Position numbers and translations under genes: made by a program. From IMG/VR virus record IMGVR_UViG_3300014893_000019: DNA of 4,936 bases. One strand, given 5' to 3'. The stretch comes from a virus (lineage: Duplodnaviria; Heunggongvirae; Uroviricota; Caudoviricetes). Of the stretch, positions 1 to 4,936 are shown piece by piece (position 1 is the first letter of the stretch; each line of letters starts with the position of its first letter). The notes below the pieces were generated by a model. The model was not told where the DNA came from, ran no database searches, and saw only the letters and a program-made list of their open reading frames with translations.

Positions 1-184
1 ATTTCCATTCAGGGTCTGATGGAAATACTTCAGCCTGTTCCAAAGCACGGCGTAAAGAGAACACACCCCCAGCCATAATCTGATGTTTCCCATTGGTCCA
101 GCTATCGCCGCTCTGATCTACAGGGGCGGCTATGTCGTATGACCAAACGACTTCACAGTTATTGTTTAAAATCTGGACTTTCAT
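1..184 (-). CDS. Hypothetical protein, N-terminal part only (runs off the window start); likely first gene of the leftward early operon
   Basis: Reverse-complement translation from ATG at 184..182 gives MKVQILNNNCEVVWSYDIAAPVDQSGDSWTNGKHQIMAGGVFSLRRALEQAEVFPSDPEWK with no stop before position 1. AGGTG lies 6 nt upstream of the ATG on the minus strand (plus 191..195). In-frame alternative starts exist at 205 and 226 but lack an SD. No arginine-rich N-like motif. Absent from the ORF track, presumably because it is truncated at the window edge. Confidence 0.4.
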   Translation of the reverse strand, partial: MKVQILNNNCEVVWSYDIAAPVDQSGDSWTNGKHQIMAGGVFSLRRALEQAEVFPSDPEWK

Positions 185-299
185 TTCATACACCTGCTTT
201 AACATGAGTGCCTGGTGGCACAACATGACTCAACGAATCATCCTGGACGTCATATGCCCCAGGCGGCTACTTCGTGGGCGTCCTGCCTGTTCGTTATCT

Positions 300-390
300 T
301 TGATATAAAATCTAACTTAACTTAGTTATTATGGCAAGAGAAAACACCAAACTTTTCTTAGTTCGGTGCCTTAGTTAGAGAAGAGAGGTC
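300..390 (-). promoter_or_regulatory. Putative OL/PL-like operator-promoter region downstream of the repressor gene, driving leftward transcription
   Basis: Three copies of the 7-mer CTTAGTT (321..327, 357..363, 370..376), the same motif found twice in the cI-cro intergenic region. The copy at 318..328 sits in a 5-1-5 inverted repeat TAACT-T-AGTTA. A minus-strand sigma70-like promoter is readable: -35 TTGCCA (plus 332..337), 17-bp spacer containing that palindrome, -10 TAGATT (plus 309..314). Function inferred by analogy with lambda OL/PL. Confidence 0.45.
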
Positions 391-1017
391 TTAGAGTTCG
401 TATTGAACTCCTTTGACTACACCAATGATAAGGCAATTACCATTGATAGGGATGTTGGGATACCGAGGATTTAATGGCACTAAAAACTTTTGAGGGCCAT
501 CGATGACTAATTTTTTTACTGTAGCTTCGTTTGTTCCATCAAGTCGAGCGATGACTATTTTTCCATGACGAGGTTCTGCATCTGGATCTACAATCACTGT
601 TGCGCCTTCTGGTATTGTTGGGAGGCCATTAGGGTTAGTCATGGAGTCACCTTTAACCTCTAATGCAAATGAGTTATCACCAATCTTTAATGATGTATCT
701 ACCCACTTGTCCACTTCACTAAACACTTCTGCTGCCCTGCACTCAGTAAACTGCCCAGCCTGAACCCACGATATTACAGGAACTCTGCGCATGTTTGTGA
801 CGAGTTTGCCTTCAAACTCAGCACCATAAAGAATGTAATCTATTGACGTATTGAAGAACTTCGCTAATTTCGAAAGTGCCTCCCCACCAGGGGTATTGAT
901 GTCTTTCTCCCAGTACCCCACAGCAACGTCGCTTACTCCACAAAATTTACCCAATTCTTTCTGGGACGTTCCGGTAACTCTTCTCAGAGCTTTTATACGC
1001 TGACCAACCGTTTCCAT
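391..1017 (-). CDS. Phage CI-type repressor: N-terminal XRE-like HTH plus C-terminal S24 (LexA/UmuD-like) autopeptidase domain
   Basis: 208-aa ORF. N-terminus QRIKALRRVTGTSQKELGKFCGVSDVAVGYWE is a typical HTH. C-terminal domain has the S24 serine motif GDSM (Ser125, plus 643..645) and a downstream lysine (VKKL, ~168/169). An Ala-Gly candidate cleavage site lies in the linker (VQAGQ, residues 87-88). It is divergent from a cro-like gene across an AT-rich operator region. Confidence 0.9.
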   Translation of the reverse strand: METVGQRIKALRRVTGTSQKELGKFCGVSDVAVGYWEKDINTPGGEALSKLAKFFNTSIDYILYGAEFEGKLVTNMRRVPVISWVQAGQFTECRAAEVFSEVDKWVDTSLKIGDNSFALEVKGDSMTNPNGLPTIPEGATVIVDPDAEPRHGKIVIARLDGTNEATVKKLVIDGPQKFLVPLNPRYPNIPINGNCLIIGVVKGVQYEL

Positions 1018-1114
1018 AGGAGCACCATTTCTTGAATTGCTAAGTAATCTTAGTTTTTATTGACCAAAGATAGATTTGTAATTAGCATCTAATAAAACTT
1101 AGTTTGGAGGGCGT
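1018..1114. promoter_or_regulatory. Divergent operator/promoter region (OR-like) between the repressor and cro-like genes
   Basis: 97-bp AT-rich intergenic region. CTTAGTT occurs at 1049..1055 and 1098..1104, the latter inside a 5-1-5 inverted repeat AAACT-T-AGTTT (1095..1105). An inverted CTAAG/CTTAG pair spans 1040..1053. Rightward candidate promoter: -35 TTGACC (1060..1065) with a weak -10 TAGCAT (1083..1088). Leftward candidate: -35 TTACAA (plus 1076..1081) with -10 TAAAAA (plus 1054..1059). GGAGG at 1106..1110 is the cro SD. Exact promoter hexamers are uncertain. Confidence 0.6.
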
Positions 1115-1315
1115 ATGACAACTGACGATATCGAAAGCTACTTCGGCAGTATTGAGAAAGTTGCTGCTTTTTTCGGCATAACAACTGAAGCCGTTTATCA
1201 GTGGCGAAACCGTCCGGGCCAGTTAATTCCAAAAGGACGTGCAGCAGAAGCTGCATATAGAACTTGCGGACGGTTGCCATTTAAACCTGAGCTTTATGAA
1301 AAATCTAATGGATAA
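1115..1315 (+). CDS. Cro-like small HTH regulator (YdaS/Cro family)
   Basis: 66-aa ORF with ATG at 1115 and GGAGG 4 nt upstream. Divergent from the CI-type repressor. Sequence FFGITTEAVYQWRNRPGQLIPKGRAAEA matches the small Cro/YdaS-type HTH pattern. Its stop overlaps the start of the next gene. Confidence 0.8.
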   Translation: MTTDDIESYFGSIEKVAAFFGITTEAVYQWRNRPGQLIPKGRAAEAAYRTCGRLPFKPELYEKSNG

Positions 1316-1904
1316 ATCGATTAACAGAAACCACAGAACGATGAGGCTAACCGTGGGTAAGCATCACTGGAAAGTAGAAAAACAGCCTGAGTGGTACGTG
1401 AAAGCTGTCAGAAAAACTATCGCAGCGTTGCCGGGTGGTTACGCTGAAGCAGCTGACTGGCTGGATGTAACAGAGAACGCATTATTTAACCGCCTTCGTG
1501 CCGATGGCGATCAGATTTTCCCGCTGGGATGGGCAATGGTTTTACAGCGCGCGGCTGGCACTCACTACATTGCGGATGCTGTCGCACAGTCTGCTGGTGG
1601 GGTGTTCGTATCGCTTCCTGAAATTGAGGAAGTAGAGAACGCCGATATAAACCAGCGCCTGCTGGAAGTCATCGAACAGATCGGGAATTACTCAAAGCAG
1701 ATTCGTTCGGCAATCGAAGATGGGGTCGTGGAGCCACACGAGCAGACAGCAATTAATGATGAGTTGTATCTGTCAATTTCGAAGCTCCAAGAGCATGCAG
1801 CACTGGTCTACAAAATCTTTTGCGCTCCAGAAAAGAGTGACGCCCGCGAGTGTGCAGCTCCGGGCGTCGTGGCGTTTTGTGTCTGTGGAGAAACTAACGC
1901 ATGA
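1308..1904 (+). CDS. CII-like / YdaT-family phage regulatory protein (function inferred from position and recalled family resemblance)
   Basis: Open frame 1239..1904. The GTG at 1239 has AGGA only 1 nt upstream and would overlap cro by 77 nt, so it is unlikely to be the start. In-frame ATGs at 1296, 1308 and 1341; I chose 1308 (ATGGATAA overlap with the cro stop), but none has a strong SD. Sits immediately downstream of a YdaS/Cro-like gene. C-terminus has a Cys cluster (ECAAPGVVAFCVCGE). Confidence 0.65.
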   Translation: MDKSINRNHRTMRLTVGKHHWKVEKQPEWYVKAVRKTIAALPGGYAEAADWLDVTENALFNRLRADGDQIFPLGWAMVLQRAAGTHYIADAVAQSAGGVFVSLPEIEEVENADINQRLLEVIEQIGNYSKQIRSAIEDGVVEPHEQTAINDELYLSISKLQEHAALVYKIFCAPEKSDARECAAPGVVAFCVCGETNA

Positions 1905-2737
1905 ACAGTTTAACGGCAAATAACCGTTTGTCGCAACAGCTGGTGGTCAGTGTCGCTGAACACCTGTTGTTACGGCATGAATGCAGATTACCAAATCACC
2001 TGGCTGTAAGTAACCACAGAGAACTTTACCTGACTGTGGGGGGCGAGTTGTGCGGGAACTTAACCGCTGGTTTCGTGACGGAAGAGGGCTTTATGTCCAT
2101 GTTATTCGTTGGGAACCAGAAACACAGCGCGTTATCTATCTTCGCAAAGACTACCCGCATGAGTGCTTTAGTCCTTTGTGGAAATTCAGGCGTGATTTTG
2201 TTGAGTGTGAAGGACCACCAGCACATTGATTCTGCCATTCCGGGACGTTACACTGTTCAGGCACCTTATAAAGCGGGTGACGGGATTGGCGTCCTGGAAA
2301 TGTTATCGGCGATATATGACGCGCCAGCGTCTTTTTTATCGTCTGCGTCTGTGCACACCCAAATTATGGTGGGCTGGACGGGGGCACCGAAAGGTGCGCC
2401 GGTTTCCGATAACGCCGGTTACGCCAACCCCGTTCAGTTCACCACCAGCGAAATTGGCGTTTCCGGTGGTGAAGGTAATTCACTGTTATCGGAGGCTGCC
2501 ATCATGGCTACTGTCCCAGCCCTCACTCGTCTGAATGATGAAGACTTACATAAACTCAGTTATGTAACAACTGCACTACGTGCTCTGCGCAAGGTAACTC
2601 TTTCGGATCCGCAGGCGCATCAGGTTTTGGTAGAAACCCTTCTTAACTTGCAGGCTGAACGTATTCGTCTGGCGGATAAGGCTAATTTTCATATTCACCG
2701 TCTCCTGAATATCAGCGGAGGGCATCGTCATGCTTAA
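1901..2737 (+). CDS. Hypothetical protein (278 aa), no domain recognised
   Basis: Uninterrupted 278-codon frame. ATG at 1901 overlaps the upstream stop (ATGA) and GGAG lies 10 nt upstream. The C-terminal half (from about 2230) looks like ordinary protein with predicted helical segments; the N-terminal third is compositionally odd (rich in L/S/H/N, poor in K/D). Stop overlaps the next gene's start. Confidence 0.55.
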   Translation: MNSLTANNRLSQQLVVSVAEHLLLRHECRLPNHLAVSNHRELYLTVGGELCGNLTAGFVTEEGFMSMLFVGNQKHSALSIFAKTTRMSALVLCGNSGVILLSVKDHQHIDSAIPGRYTVQAPYKAGDGIGVLEMLSAIYDAPASFLSSASVHTQIMVGWTGAPKGAPVSDNAGYANPVQFTTSEIGVSGGEGNSLLSEAAIMATVPALTRLNDEDLHKLSYVTTALRALRKVTLSDPQAHQVLVETLLNLQAERIRLADKANFHIHRLLNISGGHRHA

Positions 2738-2966
2738 TCCGTTGATCCTCAATATTTGCCGTTTGCTTCAGCGTAAAAAAACATCAATTCCTACAGTTGG
2801 GCAGTGGTACACCACGCCTGCAGGGCATGTTCTACGTGTTAGCCTGGTTGACCGTGAATGTCAGAAGGTGATTTGTGAACCGCTGGGCCGTAATTACCGC
2901 ATCAGTATGCCGCTTATAGCCTTTTGCTCCGGAAAAAACATGAAGCATCTCGGAGGTGCAGCATGA
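2730..2966 (+). CDS. Hypothetical small protein (78 aa), basic, four cysteines
   Basis: ATG at 2730 with GGAGG (2717..2721) 8 nt upstream. Overlaps the upstream stop (ATGCTTAA) and its own stop overlaps the rep start (ATGA at 2963..2966). Cysteines at positions 10, 44, 49 and 66. No family recognised. Confidence 0.5.
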   Translation: MLNPLILNICRLLQRKKTSIPTVGQWYTTPAGHVLRVSLVDRECQKVICEPLGRNYRISMPLIAFCSGKNMKHLGGAA

Positions 2967-3793
2967 GTATGGAGCTGATGGTTAAAGCGATGAAAATTCG
3001 AGTGGGTAATCCATTGCGAAAACTGGTTCTGATCAAGCTGGCTGATAATGCCAGCGATCAGGGTGAGTGCTGGCCCAGCTACCAGCATATTGCTGACCAG
3101 TGCGAGATTAGCAAACGTTCTGTGATGAATCATATTGCGGCCCTTTGTGATTCCGGGCTGGTAAAAAAAGTCACCCGGAAAGGTGAAAAAGGTAACTCAA
3201 GTAATATCTATCTCCTTCATCTTGATGGTGCAGGAGATTCACTAGGGGGTAGTGCAAATAATTCACTATCTGGTGCAGCAAATTCACCAGGTAGTGCAGG
3301 AGTTGCACCAGGGGGTGGTGCAGGAGATTCACCCAGAACCAGTCACTCTTTTGAACCAGTCAAAGAACCAGTCAAAGAACCAGTCAATGAACCAATAGCT
3401 GTTGGTGCATCTGCTGATGAGTCTGTGCGAGTTCGTTCAAACCGACCGGAATACTCTCCGGAGTTTGAGCAGGCATGGCTGGCATACCCCAAACGTGCTG
3501 GTGGCAATTCAAAATCTGCAGCCTTCAAAGCCTGGAAAGCCCGTTTGAATGAGGGGGTAAAACCCGAAACCATGCTGGAAGGTGTGAAACGCTACGCGGG
3601 CTGGGTATCTGCGATGGGTAACAGCGGCACACAATTTGTGAAACAGGCTGTCACGTTCTTTGGTCCGGATCGTCATTTCGAAGAATCCTGGGAAGTTCCT
3701 GCGGTATCTGCAGCCAGACGCGAGGACCCGTACTTCAAAGCCAGTTACGACAACGTGGACTACAGCCAGATCCCGGCAGGATTCAGGGGGTAA
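2963..3793 (+). CDS. Phage replication initiator (lambda O-like organisation): N-terminal winged-helix HTH_36-type domain, Gly/Ser/Ala- and Pro-rich linker, C-terminal domain
   Basis: ATG at 2963 with GGAGGT (2952..2957) 5 nt upstream; the track's longer 2924 version starts at TTG without an SD. N-terminus LRKLVLIKLADNASDQGECWPSYQHIADQCEISKRSVMNHIAALCDSGLV...SSNIYLL matches the recalled HTH_36 (PF13730) replication-protein pattern. The central low-complexity linker is encoded by DNA repeats. Conserved-looking C-terminus (EQAWLAYPKRAGG...AAFKAWKARL). Confidence 0.85.
   Translation: MSMELMVKAMKIRVGNPLRKLVLIKLADNASDQGECWPSYQHIADQCEISKRSVMNHIAALCDSGLVKKVTRKGEKGNSSNIYLLHLDGAGDSLGGSANNSLSGAANSPGSAGVAPGGGAGDSPRTSHSFEPVKEPVKEPVNEPIAVGASADESVRVRSNRPEYSPEFEQAWLAYPKRAGGNSKSAAFKAWKARLNEGVKPETMLEGVKRYAGWVSAMGNSGTQFVKQAVTFFGPDRHFEESWEVPAVSAARREDPYFKASYDNVDYSQIPAGFRG
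3226..3396 (+). repeat. Iteron-like direct repeats inside the replication initiator gene; candidate origin of replication
   Basis: Identical 17-mer TGGTGCAGGAGATTCAC at 3226..3242 and 3316..3332. Between them are about five imperfect ~21-23-bp units sharing GGTGCAG/GTAGTGCA and ATTCAC cores (unit starts near 3227, 3248, 3272, 3290, 3317). Followed by three tandem 12-bp units GAACCAGTCAAA/T (3353..3388), with partial copies at 3337..3347 and 3389..3396. The repeats are directly visible; the origin function is inferred. Confidence 0.6.
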
Positions 3794-3795
3794 TC

Positions 3796-4275
3796 ATGAG
3801 TCTTTTGAATGAAGTTCAGAAATTCATTGAAGCCCATCCGGGGTGTACTTCCGGAGACATTGCGGATGCTTTTGCAGGTTACTCACGGCAGCGCGTTCTG
3901 CAGTCAGCAAGCAAGTTACGTCAGAGTGGGCGTGTGGCTNNNNNNNNNNNNNNNNNNNNNNNNNNNNNNNNNNNNNNNNNNNNNNNNNNNNNNNNNNNNN
4001 NNNNNNNNNNNNNNNNNNNNCCTGTGCGCAATTTCTATGTCGGCACTAACGATCCCCGGGTGATTTTGTGCCTGACCCGCCAGGCTGAAGAACTGGAGTC
4101 CAGGGGCTTATACCGTCGTGCTGCAACCGTGTGGATGGCGGCATTCCGTGAAAGCCACTCCCAGCCAGAACGAAACAATTTTCTGGCACGTCGTGAGCGG
4201 TGCTTACGGAAAAGCAGCAAGCGCGCTGTATCGGGTGATGAGTGGTATCTGTCAGGGAATTACGTGGGGGCTTAA
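3796..4275 (+). CDS. ORF interrupted by an N run; the C-terminal part resembles a PerC-family transcriptional regulator, the N-terminal part looks like a small winged-helix/HTH protein. May be one gene or two.
   Basis: ATG at 3796 with GGGGG (3786..3790) 5 nt upstream, 2 nt after the rep stop. The frame is continuous across the 81-nt N run only if that is the true length. The C-terminal segment QAEELESRGLYRRAATVWMAAF...RRERCLRK recalls the PerC/Pch signature. Stop overlaps the Dam start (TAATG). Confidence 0.45.
   Translation: MSLLNEVQKFIEAHPGCTSGDIADAFAGYSRQRVLQSASKLRQSGRVAXXXXXXXXXXXXXXXXXXXXXXXXXXXPVRNFYVGTNDPRVILCLTRQAEELESRGLYRRAATVWMAAFRESHSQPERNNFLARRERCLRKSSKRAVSGDEWYLSGNYVGA
3940..4020. 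other. Run of 81 ambiguous bases (assembly gap or masked sequence)
   Basis: Literal n characters at 3940..4020. True length and content are unknown, so any coding call across it is provisional. Confidence 1.
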
Positions 4276-4928
4276 TGAGTAATAAATATTGCCAGGAGCT
4301 GGTGGAGCTGCGGAACAAACCAGCCCATGAACTGAAGGAAGTGGGCGATCAGTGGCGCACGCCGGATAACATTTTCTGGGGAATTAACACCCTGTTTGGC
4401 CCGTTTGTCCTGGATCTGTTTACTGACGGTGATAACGCCAAATGTACCGCGTATTACACGGCGGAAGACAACGCGCTGGCGCATGACTGGTCAGAACGTC
4501 TTGCGGAGCTTAAAGGTGCTGCCTTTGGTAATCCCCCATACAGCCGCGCCAGTCAGCATGAGGGGCAATACATCACCGGCATGCGTTACATCATGAAACA
4601 TGCCAGTGCCATGCGTGATAAAGGCGGGCGCTATGTTTTCCTGATCAAAGCTGCCACCAGCGAAGTGTGGTGGCCGGAAGATGCAGATCATATTGCTTTT
4701 ATTCGCGGGCGTATTGGTTTTGAACTGCCTGCCTGGTTTATCCCGAAAGATGAGAAGCAGGTGCCGACAGGCGCTTTCTTCGCTGGTGCTATTGCTGTTT
4801 TCGACAAGACCTGGAAGGGACCGGCAATCAGCTACATCGGGCGCGATGAACTTGAGGCATGTGGTGAGGCGTTTCTGGCGCAGGTTCGCCAGCAGGCGGA
4901 AAAACTGGTCAGGGAGATGGCGGCATGA
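4275..4928 (+). CDS. Phage-type DNA N6-adenine methyltransferase (Dam family, PF05869-like)
   Basis: 217 aa from ATG 4275 with GGGGG 4 nt upstream; the track's 4242 start is a GTG without an SD. Contains the catalytic-type motif NPPY (GNPPYS, nt 4530..4541) and an N-terminal WRTPDNIFWGINTLFGPFVLDLFTDGDNAKCTAYYT region typical of small phage Dam methylases as I recall them. Start overlaps the previous stop. Confidence 0.85.
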   Translation: MSNKYCQELVELRNKPAHELKEVGDQWRTPDNIFWGINTLFGPFVLDLFTDGDNAKCTAYYTAEDNALAHDWSERLAELKGAAFGNPPYSRASQHEGQYITGMRYIMKHASAMRDKGGRYVFLIKAATSEVWWPEDADHIAFIRGRIGFELPAWFIPKDEKQVPTGAFFAGAIAVFDKTWKGPAISYIGRDELEACGEAFLAQVRQQAEKLVREMAA

Positions 4929-4936
4929 CGACTTTA
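4925..4936 (+). CDS. Start of a further coupled gene (first 4 codons only, MTTL...)
   Basis: ATG at 4925 overlaps the Dam stop (ATGA), the same junction style as the rest of the operon. Too short to assess further. Confidence 0.25.

Noticed and set aside
242-264. CCTGG...CCAGG inverted repeat as a terminator or nut boxB
   Set aside because: Only a 5-bp stem with a 12-nt loop, no following U-tract and no boxA-like sequence; too weak to call.
1089-1280. 63-aa minus-strand ORF antisense to cro
   Set aside because: Lies entirely inside the well-supported cro-like gene and operator region, has no RBS, and its composition looks like an antisense artefact.
1239-1307. Upstream GTG extension of the cII-like ORF (track start 1239)
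   Set aside because: AGGA sits only 1 nt before the GTG and the extension would overlap cro by 77 nt; in-frame ATGs at 1296 and 1308 are more plausible.
1720-1923. 67-aa plus-strand ORF in an alternate frame inside the cII-like gene
   Set aside because: Embedded in a longer, better-supported frame; serine/arginine/cysteine-rich off-frame composition; no RBS.
2026-2238. 70-aa minus-strand ORF
   Set aside because: Antisense to the operon within a coupled gene chain, with no promoter or RBS context.
2226-2534. 102-aa plus-strand ORF in an alternate frame
   Set aside because: Strongly arginine-rich, typical of an off-frame read through a real gene; overlaps the convincing C-terminal half of the 278-aa gene.
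2894-3133. 79-aa minus-strand ORF across the rep start
   Set aside because: Antisense to the strongly supported HTH_36 N-terminal domain of the replication initiator.
3353-3396. Possible CRISPR-like or minisatellite array (tandem 12-bp units)
   Set aside because: Units are far too short and contiguous, with no spacers; they sit inside a coding linker and fit iterons or a codon-repeat expansion instead.
3343-3573. 76-aa minus-strand ORF ending in TGSLTGSLTGSL
   Set aside because: Its repetitive tail is just the reverse-strand reading of the 12-bp tandem repeats; antisense to rep.
3809-4063. Two plus-strand ORFs (84 and 68 aa) reading through the N run in other frames
   Set aside because: Their continuity depends wholly on translating ambiguous bases; both are off-frame to the coupled gene.
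4035-4691. Several short ORFs on both strands overlapping the PerC-like and Dam genes (4035..4220, 4046..4318, 4272..4484, 4396..4596, 4491..4691)
   Set aside because: All lie inside longer ORFs with recognisable motifs and have off-frame or antisense composition.

Overview
The window reads as the immunity and early-right region of a lambdoid (Enterobacteriaceae-type) prophage. All calls rest on reading the sequence and recalling protein families; no database search was run. On the minus strand there is a partial leftward ORF (1..184), a CTTAGTT-repeat region resembling OL/PL (300..390), and a CI-type repressor with an HTH and an S24 LexA-like peptidase domain (391..1017). An AT-rich divergent operator/promoter region (1018..1114) separates it from a rightward chain of start/stop-coupled genes: Cro/YdaS-like (1115..1315), CII/YdaT-like (1308..1904), two uncharacterised genes (1901..2737 and 2730..2966), an O-like replication initiator with iteron-like repeats inside its linker (2963..3793), an ORF interrupted by an 81-nt N run with a PerC-like C-terminus (3796..4275), a phage Dam-type N6-adenine methyltransferase (4275..4928), and the first codons of a further gene (4925..). 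No tRNA, rRNA, CRISPR array, transposase or integrase is visible. The most open question is the uncharacterised gene pair between the cII-like and replication genes, which I cannot assign to any family.
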